Assembly: GCA_028023455.1 (NCBI GenBank)
Contig: JAQFVV010000004.1
Location: 20,584,001-20,648,000, forward strand
DNA: 64,000 nt
Source: Epiperipatus broadwayi
Lineage: Eukaryota > Animalia > Onychophora
Reading direction: 5' to 3'
Positions 52,700 to 64,000 of this stretch are shown one piece after another. The notes under the pieces were generated by a model that saw nothing but the letters and a program-made list of their open reading frames with translations, was not told the DNA's origin and searched no databases. The position numbers and the translations under genes are program-made. Position 1 is the first letter of the stretch, and each line of letters starts with the position of its first letter.

Positions 52700-53170
52700 A
52701 GACATCAATGAAAATCCTAATCACTGACATTAAAATTGCTCATAATATAATTCAAATACCTTGCAGCAATGAATTCAAACTCTTAGACATTGTATTACTG
52801 CTGATCAGTATAGGGAGAAATGACACTGATAACATGCAAATTAAGAAAAAAATGTTGTCGGAGAGAAGGTAGTTCTTATCTTCAAGATATAGTGGAAAAG
52901 GAGTGGGAAAATCTGAATGTTACATACTAGTTGTGATTATCAAACCAAATAGAATTATTCATTTGTATTGTGACTATCATGTGACATTTAATAAAGATCT
53001 TTGAGAACAAATACTTGTCTAATATCCAAATAAGATCTTAATTAATCTTCCTATTTTGCAAAATTAATTTTTTTAGATATGTAGTTGCATCAATATATGG
53101 AGTGAGCTTCCTTATTAAACCTTACAACTGACATAGATCTGTTTATGTGCATATACAGTAGCCTCCTTAT
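52700..53170 (+). mobile_element. Gypsy (Mag-type) RT relic
   Basis: LVVIIKPNRIIHLYCDYHVTFNKDL matches the Gypsy RT start motif (VPV.K.NG..R.C.DYK..IN). Confidence 0.6.
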
Positions 53171-53353
53171 TTCTATTCTTTATTACAATAATTCATGAAA
53201 ATATTTAAATATATTTATATGCATACACCAAATGCTTTCTTTTAAAAAAATATTATTTATCAATTTTATTAAGTTATTTTGTATATCCTGTATATAGAAT
53301 TAGATATATTTATGTTTGTGTGTATATATTTGTTGTATTGTAATTTGTTATAG

Positions 53354-53465
53354 GCGAAAATGGGCACTTAATGATTTTGATATTGGCAAACCATTGGGTA
53401 AAGGAAAATTTGGCAATGTTTATTTAGCAAGAGAGAAACAAAGTAAATTTATTGTTGCATTAAAG
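53354..53465 (+). CDS. AURKA: Aurora kinase exon, glycine-rich loop to the VAIK-equivalent Lys
   Basis: [37 protein letters not shown]; TAG| acceptor, AAG|GT donor; near-identical to Aurora A subdomains I-II. The A versus B assignment is tentative. Confidence 0.96.
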
Positions 53466-53963
53466 GTAAATTTAAAAATTTATGCATATATATGCCTGCC
53501 TTTTTATATAAATGATTTTATTTATTAGCTTACAAAAAATATGTTCAATATGTAATTTTGGGGGGGGGGGTGGATATTCTCTTAGAAAAATTTAATACAA
53601 TAATTAGTTTTTTTTCTATTAGGTCCAAACTATACAAATAGAAATCAGTCGGATGCAATCTAGTTATAGTGAAATAATTATTTGATAGTGATTTTAAAAA
53701 ATCAGCTTGAAAAGTATACATATATATTAAAAAAGAAAAAAATAAATTCAAAATATTCAGACTGAAACAAGAAATAGAAAATAATGCATAATAAGTATGA
53801 TATATTTACGAAATATCTTATTACCTGCTCTAAAACTAAAATAGATACACAAAGGCACTAGTAAATCATGAAATAAATAATACCAAATATCTGGGGGGGG
53901 GCATGAAAACAAAAAAAAATTGTTGACAGAAGTTAAAGAAAACAAAATATGCAGTGAAATAGA

Positions 53964-54503
53964 CTCTTTAGTTCATCAATGGTTCAACATTGAATAAAAT
54001 ATTGGAAATGTAGTCAGATACGTATGCAATATATATTAGCAATCACAGAATATAAATAAACCATTATAAAAATGTTTATATTAATTTAATAGTTGGAATA
54101 AAATATACTATTACGTCTCCATTAATGTTGATATGCAAATTGTTAAAATATTGAGATTATATTAATTAAATCCAAATTAGCATTATTCCTTGCATCTCCT
54201 AAATTCAACATCATATACTCTTTATTTTTCAATAGCCTCTTAGTTCACCAATGGTTCAACATTAAATAAAATACTGGAAATGTAGTCAGATACGTATGCA
54301 ATATATATCAGCAATCACAGAATATAAATAAACCATTATCAAAATGTTTATATTAATTTAATAGTTGTTGGAATAAAATATACTATTTCGTCTCCATTAG
54401 TGTTGATATGCAAATTGTTAAAATATTGAGACTATTAATTAAATCCAAATTAGCATTATTCCTTACATCTCCTAAATTCAATTTCATATACTCTTTATTT
54501 TTC
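53964..54503. repeat. 272-bp tandem duplication
   Basis: tagttca..aatggttcaacatt starts at 53969 and 54241; high identity throughout. Confidence 0.93.
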
Positions 54504-55921
54504 ACTGTGCCTTTATACGAAAGCACATCATAATAGGAGAGAACATTCAGAATAATCAATTCTTTAGAAGAAAAAAAATTATTTGTGTTCTAAAGGAAGT
54601 CAATTCTTTATTTTATGATTAAATCATATTTTTTTATGTGATGAGATCTATTTTAAAAACCAAGTAGCTAAGTATGTAAAAATTATTGAAATACTCAAAA
54701 AATTTATTCTGAAAATACCATTTTCCATTCTCTACAATAGTATGCTAATTAGTTGTCTCATCTTAAATGAAAAACCATTAACAAAATTACTGAAAGAAAT
54801 AAAACTATTAAGGGTTTTAATGTAATCAAATTAATGCTTATTATTTAATATATGCAGCAAGTGTTTGCTTTGGTGGTAATGCACAAGAAATTGGGTACAA
54901 ATAGTTGAAAAATTAAAACCAAAACTTCCTCATATATGTTATCAACAATATAAACATATACTATATGAAAAAATGTGATATAAACTATAGCCCATAAAGA
55001 TATCTGATTTAGTTCAGCATCCAAGGTAATTAATTTTTCATGTAATCAAATATTAATCACAGTTGATCCTTTGTATTATTCTGAAGTGCAGAACAGTCAT
55101 TAAATTTCTTCACAATCAAAAAAATATATTAAAAAATCACATAAAAATAACATCTATACTAATAGTAAGTGCATTAAAATGATCTTATTCCAGTCTTATT
55201 CACAAGAAAATTGATATTTTTCATTAGAAATATGTACTAAATTTTTAACGGCTATTAAACAGTAAAATTGCTAATTTGGACCTCCAAAGATGTTTATTAC
55301 TGAAGCATGGAATTCTCTTAATGTGCGTGTTATGGTTTTAGGTAAATCTATTATTGAGTGCACTAAAAAGAAGAATCATGGCTTATTTTTTTATAATGAT
55401 TTTATCAGTAGTAATTTGATTAAAAGAAAATGTGATATTTTCTACTTGACAGAATAATAAATTAAAAGTGGGACTTTATAATAGACATGTGAAGACAGAA
55501 GTTCAAAACTGACAAGAAGGCTTAAAATGATTGATGGATTAAAATTGCGCAGAGGATACAGACATGTGCTGATTAATGGTCACTTTATATCTTTTTTTGA
55601 TGCACTAAAAGCAATATATTGACCTGAGAAATGGTATCACAATCTTATTAAATTCAGCGGTGGGACTCTTATATGATGACGATATTTTTAACAGATGGAA
55701 AGTGTATTTTGATCATCTTTTAAATAGAATTAAAATGATGACTTTTAATGCTATATATTTATTTTATCTGCTCATTTAGATTTAAAACAAATATTTGTAG
55801 TCTTAAAAATGGAAATGCTGCACATATTGATATTCCATTTTTGAATACAATGAAATGGTTAATAAATAAAACAGTTCTACTTGCAATGGTCACTAAGTGA
55901 AATGTGTAATAAATTTATATA

Positions 55922-56863
55922 CACCTGGGTCTCGTTTTACGCGATAGATAGGTTCCTCAGAAAACACGCGCAAACGAAATCGTGCAAAAGTAGATGTATC
56001 TTACCTTGAAAAAGGGGGAATACGGACTGAGATTTTTTAAAAATTGCATAACAGCAAAGCACCAACATAAAATTACTTTAAAATTCGTGCAAAAAAAAAA
56101 AAGGAAATAAAATATGACTAATAAAAAATTTCAAATTTGAAAAAAATTGATACAAGACAAACTTTTTTTAACTATAATATTTAATTTTATTCAAAACAAT
56201 ATATTTTTATGCATAATTTACAGTAATTTACATTTTTTTTATACATGTTTTAATTATTTTCGCAATTTGCCGATAAACAGGTTCGTTTGCAAACTGATAA
56301 AAAAATCAGATTCTTCACATGAGAAAATACAACTAGCGCCAACGTCACTAATGGTTTTCTGGTGACAACGTAATTAGTAATTAATCTAACAACTAAAAAT
56401 TAAATTCTTATTTTGTCTTTAATTTTTTTATTTTCAATTTTAATTGTGCTCACTGCTATTACTGATTGAAAATAAACTTGCGGACACTAAATGATTAATA
56501 ATTGATTACGTTCTTTTTTAAAAAGTAAAAACAGAATGTGATTTAAAATGCAAAATTAACACACACAATGTTTGAACAAATTTACATTATAATCTTCTAA
56601 AATTTAATGTGTGTATACATAAAATGTGGAAATCATGATTTTAATTTCATTATTGCATAAAATCTTACTATTATAAAGCACTGAAAATATTGAAATTACT
56701 AAGATGAAAGTCGAATTCCAATAATATGCTATTACTTCCAATATACGCGAAATTTATTATTTAAAGTAATAGCGCATTATCGGAGTTCGACTTCTGGTGA
56801 AACATGGAATCGCGTAACTTCAAAATCGTGTTAAATAAGTCCGCGTAAAAAGAGACCCAGGTG
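55922..56863 (+). mobile_element. Tc1/mariner-pogo-type MITE, 942 bp
   Basis: 22-bp TIR CACCTGGGTCTCGTTTTACGCG (21/22) with TA on both sides. Confidence 0.92.
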
Positions 56864-57226
56864 TATAGTATTTCAATATACTTCAAATAATTTGTATATA
56901 TGTAAAACATGAAATAATAAACTATTTTTTTAAATATAAATGAGACTTGAAAGATATAAATATACATGGTACAATATAATGAAATAAAATTTAAAATAAA
57001 TAATGCCTAAAATATTTCTAGTGTTATATATATAAAATACATGAAATGTTATCAAATGTGTACATATGCAAAGTCAAGTATTAGTGTTTATATAAATCAA
57101 ATTTCCGCATAATTGAAATGTTTGTAAACCTAATTTTTACACTGTCTTTCTAAAACAATACTTCCCAGTTTTATCAACAGATATTATGAAATAATATTTT
57201 ATATAGCGCTATGTTTTATAAACAGT

Positions 57227-57670
57227 AGCTAATGCACATGCGCTTTGAAGATTTAAATTATAAATGAATACTCTCAGTTCCAAACACAAGATTAAGTCTT
57301 TTTGAAAAGATAGAATGAATCCATCTATCTTTTCTTACCCAAACGTTTATGTATGGGCAAATCTTAAGCATTTGGAAATGATAGTGTGAGATATTAAGAT
57401 AGAATGAATCCATCTATGTTTTCTTACCCAAATGTTTATGTATGGGAAAATCTTAAGCATTTGGAAATGAGAGCGTGAGATATTAAATAAAGTGATTATT
57501 TAATATCTCATGCTCTCATTTCCAAATGCTTAAGATCTGCCTATACATAAACGTTTGGGTAAGAAAAGATAGATGGATTCATTCTATCTTTTCAAAAAGA
57601 CTTAATCTTGTGTTTGGAATTGAGAGTATTCATTTATAATTTAAATCTTCAAAGCGCATGTGCATTAGCT
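57227..57670. repeat. Near-perfect palindrome (175-bp arms, 5-nt loop) with an ~89-bp tandem duplication in the left arm
   Basis: agctaatgcacatgcgc...gagatattaaataa-AGTGA-ttatttaatatctc...gcgcatgtgcattagct. Confidence 0.95.
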
Positions 57671-60460
57671 TAATATCAACAGATATTGTAATAGCAGAAT
57701 AAATCTATTCACAAAATCTTATTCACTATATTTTTGTTTTTTATATTTAACTTTGTAATAATTAGGCAATTCCAGAAGGCATGAAGAGGAAATATCCTTG
57801 TAATTGTTGCTTTTTTTTTAACATTAGTTTTGCAAGCAGCCATTGTTTTATCGAAAGTTAGTCACATCATTTATTTAATGTAGGATGTAATAGATGTAAA
57901 TGTACACATTAGCATGTTTGGTGATTTGGTTCAAGATTCTGTAAGGTTTTTACCAACAATACTATATCATTGCTTTCACTTGTTTTAAATTTTGCTTTAA
58001 CTATTTCATTAATTTTGTCCACTTTTTGATACCATGGAATTCTTCAGTTTTTGTTGCCATAAATTCATAAAATTCTAATTGTAGTATTTTTGAAATTAAA
58101 TTAAAGAAAATTGATTTTATGCATCAATCTGAACAATAATACCAAATGCAGGTTTTTATTTCAATTCCTTTGTTTATGTTTAATATCCACAAATTTAAAT
58201 GAAAAAGTATTATATTGATATTATGTTGAATTATCACTGGCAAAAATAATTGCTTTTGCCAGAAGTTCATTTATTTATTGATTTTTATTTTATTCATTTA
58301 TTTGCCAAAATGGAAGAAAAATTTTTGACTTTAATATTACATTATTCATATAAAATGTTTTCACAGAGCTATAATTACTCTCAAAAGAATTTACTGTTCA
58401 GCATTCTGCTTTTCATAAATTTTGAAACTTTTGACTAAATATTTAGAAGAGTTTTTCTATATAATTCACTTTGCGTTTTCTTTCATTTATTATTTTTAAT
58501 ATATTTGTTCTTGTAGTATTTGTACAACTTTTTGCCTTTCATCATGAAGTAATCTCAAACATCAGTCTTAATGACCTAGCTTTTTTTTCCCATAAGGCTA
58601 GTCAAAAATTATTTTTCAATTTCAAACAATTTTTACCCTATAAATTTTTGGAATTTTCTGAAATGATTTCAGAAATTGCCGAAATATTCTCAAATGCTCT
58701 CTTCAGAAAGTCTGCTCTGTGTAAAATTTTTGAAGGCATTATAATTGCATGTATTAGAAATCATTCAACATATAATCACTTATTATACTAACAGTAGGTA
58801 TTGGAATACAAAGATGTGAAATATGCTTTGACAAATGTGAATGTTACGTTGTTAAATGATAGCCTACTATTGATCTTCTTTGGTATACTAATATCACTTG
58901 ATCAAATTTTTCTTTGGAATTTTTTCAAAAATAGTGTCTACATTTAGTTTATCATAAAAACATAAACATATATCTTCAGAATATTATTAGAAACTATGCC
59001 ATTTCAATGATAATTTCTAAAATAAAAAATATGAATGGTATCTAAATTGGAATTAGAATAGTGAAATCTCACAAAGATTTACACATTTTAATAATAAATG
59101 GACAATATTTCAGCCACAAATTTTTTTTTTTTTGACTTGTAAATTATAATAAATTTTTTGTTTGAAGTTGTGAATGAGCAGCAAGAATTTCTTTTGTATG
59201 TTTGTTAACTATTGTGTTATAAAAATCAAGTATTATTTTATTATTTGATCTTTGTGGTGTAAGGAATTTCATTATTTGTGATGAAGCTCTAATCATAAGA
59301 ATTCTTTAATATTTATTGTGCAAGTAAAGTTTTAAAACCAGATCATCTACCTCACTGGATAGACTATGGCTCTGACTGCTCAATCTGCTCTTATAAAATG
59401 CATAAAAACAATAATTATCATGAAAGAAAACTTAAAAAAATTAATATATATATATATGTACAGTAAATTGTCCATTTCATTTTTAAATTTGTAATATATA
59501 TATATTTGTTAGAATTATAGGTAAAGAATCAAAATAAAATTATTTAAAATTAACTTAATCTGGTGATACTTCGCAAAAGGACAGTTATTAATTCTAATGC
59601 AAAATAAGAATATAGAAAATAATATGTAACGTAATTATTACAATATATGTAAGCAAATGAGAATTAACTGTTTAGGATTAATAATAAAGTATAATGTGAC
59701 TAAAAAAACCATTAGATTTATTTCTGTATGATATTTAAAAGTGTTAGACCTGGATCTGGGCATTAGTGATCCATACAACCCAATAGAAGTATCGGATGGA
59801 TTAAAAGGGTGCAATTGTAATTCACTCTGGTGATGGTAATTTTCAAGTACCACTCTAGTCTGGGTATTCTGAACTTTTAGATCAATCAGATCGTATATAA
59901 AATTATATTATTATTGGCTAATAAGAAAATATACTATATTTACAGTAGATATTAAAATTAATTGTGGAAATAAGGAATAAACTTATGAAGTTGTATAACA
60001 TTAGAAAATAATTACCATAAACGAAAAGTACAGTAATGTGAATTTGTTCATTCCAGTTTTAGATTTATATATATTTTGAAAATAATGTAGATATAATAAT
60101 ATTTATATGTTTGTTATTTTCCTGTTTCTGTATCTTATTCTTAAAATCGTTTTAGCAGATATATACACATGTATTGCATGTCTATATGAAATTTAAGTGT
60201 TGTGTGTATGCATTTTTTTTATATAGTATACCTTTTTTTTTTTTAATTTCTTGCATGTTTTAGTGCAGTATCAGAAAAGTCATCAGATCAATTCCTGTTC
60301 TGGCACTTGCGGTGCTCAAACTTCTTATGAACTTTTGAGCAATACCATTCTTTTTTTTATAAATACTTTCAGTAATCATTAAAGGAAAATTACATAATAC
60401 TAAAAAATAATAAGCATAATTACATTTTAAAAAATATATCAAACTTTTTATTTATTTAAG

Positions 60461-60540
60461 GTATTATTTAAATCACAATTGCAAAAGGCTGGTGTTGAAC
60501 ATCAACTTAGAAGAGAAATAGAAATCCAGTCACATTTAAG
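60461..60540 (+). CDS. AURKA: Aurora kinase exon, alphaB/alphaC region
   Basis: [27 protein letters not shown]; AAG| acceptor, AG|GTAATA donor; [15 protein letters not shown] is the Aurora A-type signature. Confidence 0.96.
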
Positions 60541-60584
60541 GTAATAATATTTACAAAAGTTATTTCACTTTATATATATATATA

Positions 60585-60862
60585 TTATTAAAAACCAGTC
60601 AGCTCTTAGACAATCCCAATTTCAAACTGTTGTCTAGGCAATCTCCTTTTAGCAATAAAGGTGGAATTCCAAATTAAATATAATAATGCTCAAGGCTAAA
60701 TGGGTTTATAAGTAATCATTAAAAAGACTAGTCAACACTTGCACAATATCAATAACAATCAACAATTTCTAACTTTTGTTAAAAGGGGGTTGCTTTGACC
60801 ACAGTTAGAGATTGTTATTGATATTGGGATTGTGTAAGTGTTGACTGGTTTTTAATGATATA
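60585..60862. repeat. Three short copies of the RTE-associated 3' terminal sequence (two +, one -) forming a fold-back
   Basis: Each matches 20855-20927 (tcattaaaaaccagtcaacactt..caatcccaat..gtcaaagcaacc); 60716-60774 pairs with 60803-60858. Confidence 0.8.
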
Positions 60863-61274
60863 TAATTAAATGGCATTAAACATATTTTTATGAATAGTTA
60901 TATATTAAATATTCTAGTACTGGAATTAATAGAAAACAAGTAGAAGCTTCACTACTCTACAATCTTTATAGCAGTTTATAGAAATCGCTCACCCTCTTCA
61001 TTTTAACGTATATTTTTTTTTAGACAATAATGCCCTTTCCCTACTTTTCTTCTATCAGGATTCATTATTTACATTTCATAAATAACTTATTTTTATTTTA
61101 CCTAATAGTCTTTTTGCAATATTAATCAAATGACACTTTTCTTAACTTTCTCTTGGAAGGTTTTTTTTCAGGTATTTTACTTCTTGCTATTAAATGCTGC
61201 AATAGTAGCACAATTGTATTTTGTAAAACTATTTTTTATTAATAAAATAAAATAATTTAAAGAGATATGCAATA

Positions 61275-62677
61275 CACCCGGGTCTCGTTTTATGTGGATT
61301 TATTTAATGCGATTTTGAAGTTATGCGATTCATGTTTCGTCTTAATATCTTTGTATGCGGTTTTCTTTTATGCGATAAAAATTATTAGATCAGAAATCAA
61401 GCTCCGATAATGCACTATTACTTTAAATATTATAAATTTTGCGTACTCATGTCATATTTAAAGTAATAGCGAATTATCGGAGTTCGACTTCCATCTAATA
61501 ATTTCAATATTTTCAGCGCTTTATAATAGTACTGTAATAGATAAAGAAGTTCATAATTCACTTAAAATCAGGATTTTCTCATTTTATATACATACATTAA
61601 ATTTTACAAGACTATAATGTAAATCTGTTCAAATGTTATAGATGAAAAATACTATGTATGTTGTTGTTTTTGCATTTTAAATTGCGTTCTATTTTTGCTT
61701 TTTAAAAAAAGAGTACGTAATCAATTAATCATTTAGTGTCCGCAAGTAATAAATTTTACAAGATTATAATGTAAATCTGTTCAAATGTTATAGATGCCTA
61801 TACATATGTTGTTGTTTTTGCATTTTAAATCACGTTCTGTTTTTGCTTTTTTTAAAAAGTGTATGTAATCAATTAATCATTTAGTGTCCACAAGTTTATT
61901 TTTAAAAGGTGAGTAACAGCAGAGGGCACAATTAAATCTGACAATTAAATTCTAATTTTTAATTGTAATTAACAATTTAAAAATTACATAACGTGATCTG
62001 AAATTAAGTTGATGTGAAACGATAAAATTTGATTTTTAAACGGAATTGAAAATTAAAAAAAGACAAAAATAAGAATTTAATTTTTAATTGTTAGTTATAA
62101 TTAAATTTTGCCCAGCTGTGATTAGTCGGTGTCTTTTTATTATTGTAAGTCTGAGTTCTTATTTTTATTTTAAACTTTTAGTTTACTCTAACGGAGAGAA
62201 AAAAACACCCAAGAAAATGAATTTCTTTGTAAACAAAAATTTCAATTTTAGATCACTTAGCAAAATGGGAAGAATCAACAGCGATTGGAAAACGTTTAGT
62301 TGTATTTCCTCTTGACTTTGTTTAAGAAGCTACAGTACATCACATTATGACGAATCTGATATCTCAAATAGCGATAATGATTAAAATACTGTACATGTAT
62401 GAAAAAAATGTAAATTACGCATAAAAATATATTGCTTTGAATAAGATTAAATACTGTAGTTAATAAAAAAAGTTTGTCTTGTATCAATTTTTTTCAAATT
62501 TGAAATTTTTTATTAGTCATATTTTATTTTTTTTATGCGAATTTCAAAGTAATTTTACGTTGTTGCTTTGCTTTTATGCGATTTTTGGAAAATTACAATA
62601 CATATCCCCCAAGTTAAGTCTATTTTTGTGCGCGTTTTCTGAGGAACCTATCTACCACATAAAACAAGACCAAGGTG
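61275..62677 (-). mobile_element. Second, longer copy of the same MITE family, inverted relative to 55922-56863
   Basis: TA-CACCCGGGTCTCGTTTTATGTG ... CACATAAAACAAGACCAAGGTG-TA; shares gataggttcctcagaaaacgcgc and other blocks; internal ~155-bp duplication at ~61596-61905. Confidence 0.9.
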
Positions 62678-64000
62678 TATTTTATTATAATGTTTAAAAT
62701 TTTTTGGTACATATTATAACCAAGTATTGTTTGCACTTGTTCCAATTGCTTGCTTTAGTTTAACCAGTTTCATATTTATTAATTTTTTTTTTAAATAAAA
62801 AAAAAGTTAATGAATAAGTAGTAAACAATAATCTTATTACATGATGTTAACTCGGTCTGTACTAAAGTAAAAGTATTGTGTACCTATTTATTTTGAACTA
62901 ACTGTTTAGAATTATTTCAATAAATTAAACTTGCTAGTGGAATATTAGAGTTATAGTCAAAGATGTACCAGAAAACAGTATTTTAATAATGGGATAAGTT
63001 AACTTATAAGATAGTAGAAAAGAGGAATATAAAAATTAGTTTGGGATTAATTCTGTAGATTTTTAAAAGTAGGGGAATAAAAGTTAGTTTGAATTGGTTT
63101 TAAAATTTATTAAGGTTAAATTTTATTTATCAGTATAGTTAATTATTTAAAATAAAAAGTAATTAATAAATTAAGCTTAAATTGAGACATTGTTTCCCCA
63201 TGTGGATGCAGGGAAATTGTGTCTTAATTAATTGAAAAATTCTAGTTATAAGTTATTTAATACCTATTTTAAAAATAAATAATAAACATATTGATAAATA
63301 ATTATAAGGTTAATTTAATAAACCAATAGTATTAATTTAAATTCATTTCAAAAGAGAATTCAATATTAATTAAAGAAATTGTAATTATTTCTTTTATATA
63401 ATATTATCAGTATTTTTTTTTGTTAGTAGATTTTATTGGTTTTTTGTTACTAAATTTAGCTGTTTTATCACGTGATTTGATCTATTTCAATAAGTAGATC
63501 AGATTGACGTCATGGGGAGTTAGAATTGTCTTATTGATTGGATAATTAAAAAAATTGTCAGCTTTTAAAAAAAAAGGGGGGGGGGTATAAATATGGTCTA
63601 GACAGACAATAGGTGGTCTTCGTTTGGTTTCTTATATACAGGTTCGGTCAATACAGGGTTGACAATCTTCACTACACTCAACTGGAAGAGGAACTTTGGG
63701 GCTAAATTTTAATCTTTTGGCATGTAAAAATATATATATAAAGTAATAATTTTATTATAATTTTTTTTGTGTTGTTATAAAAGTGTTAAGTAAAAATAAT
63801 ATTATTCTGGAGAACAATAATGCCTTCTGAGTAAATTTTTGGCAATCCTCACTTCTTGATATCGCCTGCAATTATGCTTTTAGTACTAGGAAGAAATGCT
63901 CTGGAAATTTGTGATTATTTTTATCAAATTAATAAAGCTTATTTTGGAATGATTTTTATTAAGATGCAAGTGCAAAATAAATTATCTCATTTATTTAAAA

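Noticed and set aside
58250-58791. Two 62-106-aa plus-strand ORFs
   Set aside because: F/L/I-rich composition expected from AT-rich DNA; no motif; possibly the antisense of an unidentified TE relic.

Overview
AT-rich eukaryotic (metazoan, probably invertebrate) genomic DNA; no prokaryotic features. The only host gene I can support is the 5' part of an Aurora kinase (Aurora A-like) on the + strand. Four phase-compatible coding exons (30896-30922, 43686-43780, 53354-53465, 60461-60540) splice to [105 protein letters not shown], and the gene continues past the window. Most of the rest is decayed transposons: RTE and other APE-RT LINEs, Penelope-like elements (PLEs), Mag/K02A2.6-type Gypsy relics, a hAT-Charlie relic and MITE, and Tc1/pogo-type MITEs. 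The most notable signal is RNA-structural. A ~411-bp tandem repeat in Aurora intron 1 (38473-39390) carries a canonical-core type I hammerhead ribozyme in each full unit on the minus strand, which is the architecture of a non-LTR retrozyme (predicted ~411-nt circular RNA). Seven more hammerhead-like motifs sit at PLE 3' ends; the catalytic C3:G8 pair is replaced by U3:A8 (four) or A3:U8 (two), and one has a U3/U8 mismatch. The window also holds several long palindromes, two of them flanked by offset 14-bp direct repeats. All identities are eye estimates and no database searches or folding programs were run.
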